A DNA stretch of 59,441 nucleotides from a virus (IMGVR_UViG_3300032305_002284:1-59441); one strand, 5' to 3'; counted from the stretch's first letter, positions 9,375-16,208 are shown. Numbers and translations are program-made. The notes: generated from the sequence alone by a model not told the origin.

Positions 9375-9834
9375 AACTTTTCTCCTTCTTATGTTTATTA
9401 AAACCAAGATAAAGTTCTGATTCCATACGGTGAGCCTCAACCTCCCATGGCCAGGTGAAATAACCCCCATCATTTTTTGAGTGATGGATATTATGCCAGG
9501 AACACACAGAAGAGTCTCTTAGGTAGTCTTTAAGTTGACCTAGCGCATATTGTTTCACATGGACCATCTCATGCGCTAGCGCCAGCAAAGTCCGTTTTTT
9601 ACCCATATCACCATCAATGCGGATGGTAAACTCACGTGGTCGGATATTAATATCCTCCCATACACAATCCGCATCGATTTTATCTTTACGAACAAGCCCT
9701 TTCACAACCACAACTCGGATTTCGATATTCCTCAGCAGTCGTTTGCTCATCATGGTTTCCCCATAATGAACCAGCGACTCAAAGATCATATTCGGATCAA
9801 CCTTTGACGACCGATCAATGAGTGTGATATGCAT
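9286..9834 (-). CDS. Putative zinc metallopeptidase (HExxH)
   Basis: LAHEMVHVKQY...PWEVEA. Confidence 0.75.
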   Translation of the reverse strand: MHITLIDRSSKVDPNMIFESLVHYGETMMSKRLLRNIEIRVVVVKGLVRKDKIDADCVWEDINIRPREFTIRIDGDMGKKRTLLALAHEMVHVKQYALGQLKDYLRDSSVCSWHNIHHSKNDGGYFTWPWEVEAHRMESELYLGFNKHKKEKSYAKALGSQKAESNCSGSAHTFVSKTSRRV

Positions 9835-10043
9835 TAAAACTTATTCTTAGAAATATGATTCTTAGCATCCTTTTGAGTCTTAAAGTAAAGGATCGAACCA
9901 TCACGTGCCCGGAGGTTATTCTGCATGGTATTATCCCACACAAAAAATTCACGGGTCAATGTGGATTCCATGACTTGGAAACGATTTTTGATCAGTTCCG
10001 AGACATAGTATCCTGGCGAGTTAATCTGAAGTATGACGGTCAT
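9834..10043 (-). CDS. Hypothetical protein
   Basis: GAGGA RBS; lies downstream of the leftward promoter; coupled to the peptidase. Confidence 0.6.
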   Translation of the reverse strand: MTVILQINSPGYYVSELIKNRFQVMESTLTREFFVWDNTMQNNLRARDGSILYFKTQKDAKNHISKNKF

Positions 10044-10066
10044 ATATCTATCCTCAATTTATAAGT

Positions 10067-10172
10067 TATTATAACAAACTTTCGGGGCAAAGTCAACAAA
10101 AGTTTTGTTAACATTTTGTAATCCGATTCGACGATTTTTTGGTTGACATACCCCCCGAAATGGGATATATTA
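10067..10172. promoter_or_regulatory. Divergent sigma70-type promoter pair with a central TTAA-N6-GTAA box
   Basis: Minus strand TTGACT-N17-TATAAT; plus strand TTGACA(10143)-N17-TATATT; gttaacattttgtaa at 10107-10121. Confidence 0.65.
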
Positions 10173-10199
10173 CATATATAAACAAGGGAATACCTAAAT

Positions 10200-10412
10200 A
10201 TGCTAACAGTCACTATCGATGTAGAACAAGCCGATAAAATTGTTATTTCACATTTGACCAATACTGTTGGTGTTCTTATTGATATTATTGAGTTGAATAA
10301 CAAGAATCCGAATGAAGACACCAATTCATATAATCAAGAATTGATGAACGAGATTCGATCCATCAATGAAGTTATTGAATATTTTGGTGGAACTAAGGTT
10401 TCTTTCAGTTAA
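10200..10412 (+). CDS. Hypothetical protein
   Basis: Follows a promoter and an aaggga RBS. Confidence 0.6.
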   Translation: MLTVTIDVEQADKIVISHLTNTVGVLIDIIELNNKNPNEDTNSYNQELMNEIRSINEVIEYFGGTKVSFS

Positions 10413-10422
10413 GTAATCTTTT

Positions 10423-10507
10423 GCGGGCTTGGTGAAATGGTAGACACAAGAGACTTAAAATCTCTCGGCTAAAAGCTGTACCGGTTCGAGTCCGGTAGCC
10501 CGCACCA
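10423..10507 (+). tRNA. tRNA-Leu(TAA)
   Basis: Cloverleaf; agaga-ctTAAaa-tctct; long variable arm; GTTCGA; CCA. Confidence 0.95.
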
Positions 10508-10589
10508 AATTTTTTTGATCTATAAAATAGATCACTGTATTTTAGTTGAGTGCTCTAGTTTTATAAATAGCAGGAAAGGAATTCCTAAT

Positions 10590-11162
10590 ATGAAAAAAAC
10601 TAAGAGTGACGCTTGGTATCTTGCAATGCGTACCAAAAAAGAAAGAGGCACAAATTTAAATGGTTATTCTAAAGCCAAACAATTAGGATTACCAAAACCG
10701 GAAATTTCAGAGGAATCTCATTTAAAAAGAAGTAAAGCTAATCAAAGACCTCATACAGAAAATACCAAAAGGAAAATAAGTGAAGCGCGAATAAAATTTT
10801 TACATGAAAATCCTGATATGGTACCATATAAACTGAATCATTATTCAAAAGGTAGATCATATGCCGAAGAATATTGGAAAGCTATATTAGATTCAAACAA
10901 TTTGATTTTTCAAGAACAATATCAAATTGGTCCATATCAATTAGATTTTGCGTTTATTGAACTAAAAATTGATCTTGAAATTGACGGGGATCAACACTAC
11001 TTAGATAAAAGAATTGTTGAAAGTGATAAAAGAAGAAATTTATATCTTAAAGAACTTGGTTGGACCATAATTCGTGTCAAATGGTCCGAATATAAAAGGT
11101 TGACAAATAAGAAAGAATATGTTAATATGATTTTGGGACAAATTAGAGGACCCGTAGTTTAG
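10590..11162 (+). CDS. Putative homing endonuclease (NUMOD3-like N-terminus + DUF559/Vsr-like nuclease)
   Basis: HTENTKRKISE; YQLDFAF...EIDGDQH...DKRRNLYLKELGWTIIRV; TATAAATA at 10562. Confidence 0.8.
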   Translation: MKKTKSDAWYLAMRTKKERGTNLNGYSKAKQLGLPKPEISEESHLKRSKANQRPHTENTKRKISEARIKFLHENPDMVPYKLNHYSKGRSYAEEYWKAILDSNNLIFQEQYQIGPYQLDFAFIELKIDLEIDGDQHYLDKRIVESDKRRNLYLKELGWTIIRVKWSEYKRLTNKKEYVNMILGQIRGPVV

Positions 11163-11219
11163 TGGCCAAACAGAAGACTTTTAATCTTTATAACGTGGGT
11201 TCGAATCCCACCGGGTCCT
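11148..11219 (+). tRNA. tRNA-Lys(TTT), CCA not encoded
   Basis: ggacccg/cgggtcc acceptor; gaaga-ctTTTaa-tcttt; gtggg-TTCGAAT-cccac. Confidence 0.85.
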
Positions 11220-11265
11220 CTAATTTGCTTCATTTGTTTAACCTTTAATATGAAAGATATATGTA

Positions 11266-11445
11266 ATGTCAGGTGATTATAGGATTCAATTTTTGGATAA
11301 TTCTGGTTGGCGTACTTGTGTTACCTTTACTGCTCTAGCCGATGGTGCTATGGTAATGAGGGAAATGCAACAAGCACAGGTTTATTATCCTGAGTTTCGA
11401 ATTCGATGTGTCGATGAAAATGATCGACTGATTGATATGCTATAA
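11266..11445 (+). CDS. Hypothetical protein (59 aa)
   Basis: MSGDYRIQFLDNSGWRTC...DRLIDML; fills the spacer between tRNAs. Confidence 0.55.
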   Translation: MSGDYRIQFLDNSGWRTCVTFTALADGAMVMREMQQAQVYYPEFRIRCVDENDRLIDML

Positions 11446-11491
11446 ATAAGTTCATACAGTGAGATCTAGTCAATGACTAGATCTCATATAA

Positions 11492-11568
11492 TCCTCGATA
11501 GCTCAGCTGGTAGTAGCAAATGGCTGTTAACCATTAGGTCGTTCGTTCGAATCGAACTCGAGGAGCCA
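11492..11568 (+). tRNA. tRNA-Asn(GTT)
   Basis: tcctcga/tcgagga; aatgg-ctGTTaa-ccatt; CCA. Confidence 0.93.
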
Positions 11569-11692
11569 GGTCGCACAAAAACTGTTCCTATCCGGTTTTG
11601 TGCATTGTGTAGATAGGATACGCTCTTACTGTCTGGGGGTAAGAGAAGAGATAAACTTGCTATTGAAATCAATGGTGGGTTAGCCCAGACCA
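11569..11692 (+). ncRNA. Candidate structured ncRNA (two pseudoknots, 3' CCA)
   Basis: Four perfect 7-8 bp helices in a crossing arrangement plus one hairpin; no ORF. Confidence 0.6.
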
Positions 11693-11697
11693 AATTT

Positions 11698-11773
11698 GCT
11701 TCCTTAGCTCAGCTGGTAGAGCATTCGGTTGATAACCGAAAGGTCGATGGGTCGGGACCATCAGGAAGCACCA
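11698..11773 (+). tRNA. tRNA-Ile(GAT)
   Basis: gcttcct/aggaagc; ttcgg-ttGATaa-ccgaa; atypical T-loop gtcggga; CCA. Confidence 0.88.
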
Positions 11774-11778
11774 AGTTT

Positions 11779-11853
11779 GCCGGATTAGCACAGCGGTAGT
11801 GCAATCGCCTTGTAAGCGATAGGTCGGGAGTTCAATCCTCTCATCCGGCACCA
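11779..11853 (+). tRNA. tRNA-Thr(TGT)
   Basis: gccggat/atccggc; atcgc-ctTGTaa-gcgat; CCA. Confidence 0.95.
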
Positions 11854-11859
11854 TATTTT

Positions 11860-11949
11860 GGACGTGACATCGGGTGATGACAAGGGCCTTATATTCCCTT
11901 TGCAGCTGATTACTGCTTGGATAGGATTCGAATTCCTACACGTCTACCA
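11860..11949 (+). tRNA. Atypical tRNA-like gene, probable anticodon TAT, long variable arm
   Basis: ggacgtg/cacgtct acceptor; tagga-TTCGAAT-tccta; 4-nt D-loop; CCA. Confidence 0.65.
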
Positions 11950-11951
11950 AA

Positions 11952-12051
11952 ATCAAAGACTACCAGGAATAAATGGGCTCTCCTGGTTCAAGATGACTGC
12001 TAGTAAAACTGATAAATCCCACCCATGGTTTGCAGGGCTCTGGTCTTTGAT
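11952..12051 (+). ncRNA. Candidate structured ncRNA
   Basis: Closing stem atcaaagact/ggtctttgat; accagga/tcctggt hairpin; loop atggg can pair with cccat. Confidence 0.45.
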
Positions 12052-12058
12052 ACTTTTT

Positions 12059-12133
12059 GCGGGTGTGGTATAGGAGATGTGCCCTAGCCTTCCAAGCTAG
12101 AGAGGACCGGAGCGTTGCCGGCCACCCGCTCCA
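12059..12133 (+). tRNA. tRNA-Gly(TCC), non-canonical T-loop
   Basis: gcgggtg/cacccgc; ctagc-ctTCCaa-gctag; T-loop agcgttg; CCA. Confidence 0.85.
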
Positions 12134-12137
12134 TTGT

Positions 12138-12206
12138 GGCGCTAGAACAGGTGTTCCGATTGGTCTCATAAGCCAATACGTGGTGGTTCGATACCACCTG
12201 GCGCCT
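12138..12206 (+). tRNA. Compact tRNA with CAT anticodon (Met or Ile2), CCA not encoded
   Basis: ggcgcta/tggcgcc; gaac-aggt-gttc D arm; attggt-ctCATaa-gccaat; ggtgg-TTCGATA-ccacc. Confidence 0.7.
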
Positions 12207-12227
12207 TATAAATAAGTTTACTAATAC

Positions 12228-12264
12228 GGAAGAGTGGCCGAGTGGTTGAAGGCTCTAGTCTTGA
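12228..12264 (+). pseudogene. 5' half of a tRNA-Ser(TGA), truncated right after the anticodon
   Basis: ggaagag-tg-gccgagtggttgaaggc-t-ctagt-ctTGA, then unrelated AT-rich sequence; no matching 3' half seen. Confidence 0.75.
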
Positions 12265-12343
12265 TTTTCTATTTGTATAAATAAGATATGGTTCACGGGA
12301 TTGCAGTCCCCAACCATTCTAGAATGCAAACGGAGATTCCAGC

Positions 12344-12988
12344 ATGTCACTATTTATTTGTAACTATTGTTTACGCACCCATCCAAATCCCGGTGCTAAA
12401 GCAAAACACGAAAAACATTGTAAACTTAATCCTGATTATGTAAAGGCTTTCAGAAGCCCATTTGCAGGCGTCAAAAAAGGTAATATTCCATGGAATAAAG
12501 GTAAAAAATCTTCTATTCCTGCTTGGAATAAAGGAATAAAAGGATCTACAAGTGGTAGAGCCTCATCAGAAGAAAAAGAACTAAAAAGAATACAAAAAAT
12601 AAGTGAAAAAGCAAAAATAAACAATGGTGGTTATAGAAAAGGATCTGGGAGAGGTAAAAAGGGTTATTATAAAAATATATGGTGTGATAGTTCTTGGGAA
12701 CTAGCATTTGTTATATACAATATAGATCACAATATACCTTTTTTGCGAAATACAAAGTTTTTTCTTTATAAATATAAAGGTATTACAAAAAAATATTATC
12801 CTGATTTTATAATCAATGATACATATTATGAAATAAAGGGGTATTATTCCGATCAGTTTCAATCAAAACTTGACCATTTCAATGAAAAAATATGTATTTT
12901 AGATAAACAAAGTATAAAAAAATATACTGATTATGCCATGGCAAAATATGGTAAAGACTATACCAAATTATATCATTTTGGAGAGTGA
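12344..12988 (+). CDS. Putative homing endonuclease (Zn-finger-like N-terminus, PWNKG repeats, PD-(D/E)xK nuclease)
   Basis: CNYC...HEKHC; PWNKG/AWNKG; DSSWE...YYPDF...EIKG; TATAAATA at 12276. Confidence 0.78.
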   Translation: MSLFICNYCLRTHPNPGAKAKHEKHCKLNPDYVKAFRSPFAGVKKGNIPWNKGKKSSIPAWNKGIKGSTSGRASSEEKELKRIQKISEKAKINNGGYRKGSGRGKKGYYKNIWCDSSWELAFVIYNIDHNIPFLRNTKFFLYKYKGITKKYYPDFIINDTYYEIKGYYSDQFQSKLDHFNEKICILDKQSIKKYTDYAMAKYGKDYTKLYHFGE

Positions 12989-13070
12989 ACCGGACAGGCG
13001 TACCGGCACCGCCTTGAAAGCGGTTGGATCCTGCAAAGGATTGGGCTTCGAGTGCACCCGCTCTCCTCCA
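12980..13070 (+). tRNA. tRNA-Ser(TGA), apparently 8/4 acceptor/T-stem type
   Basis: ggagagtg/cgctctcc; accgc-ctTGAaa-gcggt; long variable arm; CCA. Confidence 0.85.
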
Positions 13071-13078
13071 GTTTATTT

Positions 13079-13168
13079 GGAATGGTGGCTGAGTGGCCTA
13101 AAGCTCACGGTTGCTAACTGTGCGAACCTTAACTGGTTCCGTGGGTTCGAATCCCACCCATTCCTCCA
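13079..13168 (+). tRNA. tRNA-Ser(GCT)
   Basis: ggaatgg/ccattcc; cacgg-ttGCTaa-ctgtg; long variable arm; CCA. Confidence 0.93.
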
Positions 13169-13192
13169 TATTTTACAAAAAAGGATATAAAT

Positions 13193-13357
13193 ATGGCTGG
13201 TTATTCTATTGATGTTCTTAAGAAGGCAGCTTTTGAAGACGAGCTTATGAATATCTTAAACTTAGAAGTTCTAGAGAATAGAGATGAAACTTGGATAATC
13301 ATTCATGATTATTTCAAGGCTCGACTAAAAGAGCTTGACAAAGCGACTAAACGATAG
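13193..13357 (+). CDS. Hypothetical protein (54 aa)
   Basis: aagga RBS; MAGYSIDVLKKAAFEDELMNIL... Confidence 0.55.
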   Translation: MAGYSIDVLKKAAFEDELMNILNLEVLENRDETWIIIHDYFKARLKELDKATKR

Positions 13358-13363
13358 TATAAT
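13335..13363 (+). promoter_or_regulatory. Consensus sigma70-type promoter upstream of tRNA-Pro
   Basis: TTGACA-N17-TATAAT. Confidence 0.8.
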
Positions 13364-13372
13364 ACATTTTAA

Positions 13373-13450
13373 CTGCGCGTCGCCTAGCCTGGAATGGCAC
13401 TTCGTTTGGGACGAAGAATAACGGGAGTTCAAATCTCTCCGCGCAGACCA
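13373..13450 (+). tRNA. tRNA-Pro(TGG)
   Basis: ctgcgcg/cgcgcag; cttcg-ttTGGga-cgaag; CCA. Confidence 0.93.
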
Positions 13451-13454
13451 TTTT

Positions 13455-13530
13455 GGGAGGTTAGCTCAGTTGGCAGAGCGTCACGTTTACACCGTGAATG
13501 TCATCGGTTCAAACCCGGTACCTCCTACCA
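13455..13530 (+). tRNA. tRNA-Val(TAC)
   Basis: tcacg-ttTACac-cgtga; CCA. Confidence 0.93.
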
Positions 13531-13537
13531 TTTTTAT

Positions 13538-13608
13538 TGCCTGATAGTTTAATGGTAGAACGCCGGTTTTTGGTGCCGGTTGTGTTGGTTCAAATCCAGC
13601 TCGGGCAT
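13538..13608 (+). tRNA. tRNA-Gln(TTG), CCA not encoded
   Basis: tgcctga/tcgggca; ccggt-ttTTGgt-gccgg. Confidence 0.88.
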
Positions 13609-13618
13609 TTTTAGTTTA

Positions 13619-13701
13619 GCCTCAATGGTGGAATTGGCAGACACGCTGGATTTAGGTTCCAGTGCTCCGGCGTGGGGGTTCAAGTCCCTCTTGAGGTACC
13701 A
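13619..13701 (+). tRNA. tRNA-Leu(TAG)
   Basis: ctgga-ttTAGgt-tccag; long variable arm; CCA. Confidence 0.93.
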
Positions 13702-13706
13702 TATTA

Positions 13707-13782
13707 GGGGAATTAGCTCAGTTGGTAGAGCGTTAGCTTTGCAAGCTAAATGTCATCGGTTCGATTCCGATATTCTCCACCA
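13707..13782 (+). tRNA. tRNA-Ala(TGC)
   Basis: G3-U70 pair; ttagc-ttTGCaa-gctaa; CCA. Confidence 0.95.
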
Positions 13783-13837
13783 TTTTTTATAATATAAATA
13801 AACCCACTATCAACAATTTACAGTGAGGTTTCATGAA

Positions 13838-14200
13838 ATGGAGAAAACAGTCCCGCCACTAGGGAAACATTTAATTCTTGATGTATGGGGTGAAGTTGGT
13901 TCACTTCCATATTGGAATATGGATGAAGCAGCGGAGTTATTAAAACAGGCTGCCATTCATGCAGGTGCCACCATCTTAACGGAACGATGGCATCATTTCG
14001 GATCCGGGCATGGTTATACCGGGGTTATTATCTTAGCTGAATCCCATATTTCAGTCCATACGTGGCCCGAGAAAGGATATGCTGGAATTGATGTTTTTAT
14101 GTGTGGTGACTGCGATCCGCGGACATCTCTTGATATGATTTTAGACTTTTATAAAGCAGAACGACATAATATAACATTTTTGATACGTGGTGAAGAATAA
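13838..14200 (+). CDS. speD: S-adenosylmethionine decarboxylase proenzyme
   Basis: GKHLILD...GYTGVIILAESHISVHTWPEKGYAGIDVFMCG. Confidence 0.92.
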   Translation: MEKTVPPLGKHLILDVWGEVGSLPYWNMDEAAELLKQAAIHAGATILTERWHHFGSGHGYTGVIILAESHISVHTWPEKGYAGIDVFMCGDCDPRTSLDMILDFYKAERHNITFLIRGEE

Positions 14201-14204
14201 AAGC

Positions 14205-14235
14205 AAAGGCAGGGCAAAAATCCTGCCTTTTTTTA
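14205..14235 (+). terminator. Rho-independent terminator
   Basis: aaaggcaggg-caaaaa-tcctgccttt followed by a T run. Confidence 0.8.
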
Positions 14236-14301
14236 TGCAAAAAGTGTTGACATTAGATCCAATATGGTGTATAATGTACTTGACAATGAAGAGGATATAG
14301 T

Positions 14302-14649
14302 ATGCAATTGCTAAAACCATATATTAATAATATTGGATCCAATAAAAAGAAATTGAATGCTAAGCAGCTTAAAGCTAAGGCCGAACATGAGGCATGGTTG
14401 CTTAAGAATGGCGTGCATCTAAGTCAATTGAAACCACAAAAACGCGGTAAGCTTAAGACTCTATTCTCTAAACCAATCGAAAAACTTTCAGACGGTAATT
14501 TTACTGATCTTGGTAAGACTGGTATGAAGAAGGAAGAGAACAAGTATACTGGTGATAAGTTGGTTGGTATTGCTATTATGCATAAGAGTTGTCTCCAACC
14601 TGTGTTTAGTAAAGAATCCGCAAAAGATTCTGCACAAATGAGACGTTGA
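14302..14649 (+). CDS. Conserved T4-like phage hypothetical protein
   Basis: YTGDKLVGIAIMHKSCLQPVFS...A...AQMRR; upstream TTGACA-N17-TATAAT. Confidence 0.7.
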   Translation: MQLLKPYINNIGSNKKKLNAKQLKAKAEHEAWLLKNGVHLSQLKPQKRGKLKTLFSKPIEKLSDGNFTDLGKTGMKKEENKYTGDKLVGIAIMHKSCLQPVFSKESAKDSAQMRR

Positions 14650-14706
14650 TAATAAAAAATATTGACCTTTTTGATATATAATATTATGATATGAAGGAGA
14701 TCATAC

Positions 14707-14901
14707 ATGGCTTTTACAACTGCTTATAAATGCACTTATAATGAAATTGAAAGAGACCACACATCAAAGAATTTTGGTATGATGGTCGAGCGCTCTCAAC
14801 GGTTTTCATTTTTCAATGATGCGGTTGATTTTGCGCGCAAGATTTCCAATACATCGGTCAGTATGGTTGGGCGCCCTATTATTGAAGAGGTGAAGCGATG
14901 A
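14707..14901 (+). CDS. Hypothetical protein
   Basis: aaggag RBS. Confidence 0.6.
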   Translation: MAFTTAYKCTYNEIERDHTSKNFGMMVERSQRFSFFNDAVDFARKISNTSVSMVGRPIIEEVKR

Positions 14902-14991
14902 ACTATATTTCTAGGTTTAATGCAGAGAATCGACTTTGGGAACTTGGATATTTGATTGGCGCACGTTTCTTTGTGATGTCACGATATCCAA

Positions 14992-15219
14992 ATGTTTAGA
15001 ACTATAGTTCTATTAACTGGTATGTTGGTGGTTACGGCGTGTGTTCCTGTAACCACCACGTATTATCCAAGTGCACCCGTGGTTACTACCGGATATGTAG
15101 CACCGACAACATACTATTATAGTCATCGATACTACCGTTCATATTATCGTAATAATTATCACCGTAATCATAATCATAACAATTATCGTCGTCATCAAAA
15201 TTATAGATATTATCGTTGA
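14992..15219 (+). CDS. Putative small lipoprotein with Tyr/Arg/His-rich tail
   Basis: Signal-like N-terminus ending VTAC; YYR/NH-rich C-terminus. Confidence 0.5.
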   Translation: MFRTIVLLTGMLVVTACVPVTTTYYPSAPVVTTGYVAPTTYYYSHRYYRSYYRNNYHRNHNHNNYRRHQNYRYYR

Positions 15220-15506
15220 GTTTGATTCTCTTGTGGGGAATTAATGGTAGTTCTGGCGTTCTCTAGAAACGTTCTAATAGCGTCAATACTATTCCTACAC
15301 TGCACGTTGTTTTGGTATAGCGTGACAATGAACCTCGCAACCTGCGTGTCTGTAAGGGTTGTTGTGTCAGGAAAAGTATCGACAACTTCACAGTTGTACA
15401 TACCCTCCTCGGGTATTACTAAGACATTTTGAGTTGATCTTAACATAAAAGGTTGATTGCTACATCCAATCAGTAACAATAAGGATAAAATAAATACATA
15501 TCTCAT
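15210..15506 (-). CDS. Putative o-spanin (outer-membrane lipoprotein)
   Basis: Lipobox LIGC; two further Cys; overlaps the upstream i-spanin. Confidence 0.7.
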   Translation of the reverse strand: MRYVFILSLLLLIGCSNQPFMLRSTQNVLVIPEEGMYNCEVVDTFPDTTTLTDTQVARFIVTLYQNNVQCRNSIDAIRTFLENARTTINSPQENQTQR

Positions 15507-15868
15507 CTTGTATTACCTTGTCTAAGTTGTTCTATGGTTTGTCTTATAATGTCTGAAGCAGGTCTATCATTTGCTGCAGCCTGTGGTGAATTAATAAATT
15601 GATTGGTTGCTTCAATGCGTGTTTGTAAACTTCTATTTCTCTGTTCCAATTCACGAGCAATTGCTCTTTGACGATCAGAGATTTCCTGTTGTTGTCTTAC
15701 AGATTCTTGTTGATCTTTTAATGTTTGTTCTAATTGTCGTTGATTCTGTTCAAGTATAACTTGTTGTTCAATACTGTGCTTCCATCCAAGATAGGCAGCA
15801 CCAATTGAACCGGAAACGACTAAAGCTAATACTAAATATATAGCGATTTTACTTAATCCAAAATCCAT
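15503..15868 (-). CDS. Putative i-spanin
   Basis: N-terminal TM followed by a Q/E-rich coiled coil. Confidence 0.7.
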   Translation of the reverse strand: MDFGLSKIAIYLVLALVVSGSIGAAYLGWKHSIEQQVILEQNQRQLEQTLKDQQESVRQQQEISDRQRAIARELEQRNRSLQTRIEATNQFINSPQAAANDRPASDIIRQTIEQLRQGNTR

Positions 15869-15897
15869 TGTATTATAACCTTTCTAATGAGTATAAC

Positions 15898-16110
15898 ATG
15901 TCAGCATCTTTAAAAATTATCCCTGAAAAAGTTATCAAAGATTCGGCCAAATATTTATCGGATGAAGACCCCGATAATTCATTTATATACGCATTAAAAA
16001 CAGGAAGAATCTATAAAAAGAATAATCTTTCTCCAATGTATATACTTGATTGTGATACGATGACTATCTACGTAACAACTGAAGAAAGAATGCAAAATAA
16101 ATTTCATTAA
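15898..16110 (+). CDS. Hypothetical protein
   Basis: ORF only. Confidence 0.5.
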   Translation: MSASLKIIPEKVIKDSAKYLSDEDPDNSFIYALKTGRIYKKNNLSPMYILDCDTMTIYVTTEERMQNKFH

Positions 16111-16208
16111 CAGTTGACAATTTGGTATATACGTGATATAAATAAACGTGTACATGCGCCTAATGGGTTTGTACATTATACAATCTTGCTTAATAAGGAG
16201 AAAAGCAA

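Noticed and set aside
11569-11692. Theta/HDV-like ribozyme directly after a tRNA
   Set aside because: The position fits, but I could not build the nested P1-P2-P3-P1.1 fold or find a J4/2 catalytic C; the helices form two serial pseudoknots instead.
11860-11949. Ochre suppressor (TTA) or selenocysteine tRNA
   Set aside because: Centring the loop on the stem gives TAT, not TTA or TCA, and core genes end normally at TAA with no sign of recoding.
12265-12979. Group I intron in tRNA-Ser
   Set aside because: No 3' exon completing the first tRNA and no recognisable intron core; the downstream tRNA is a complete separate gene.
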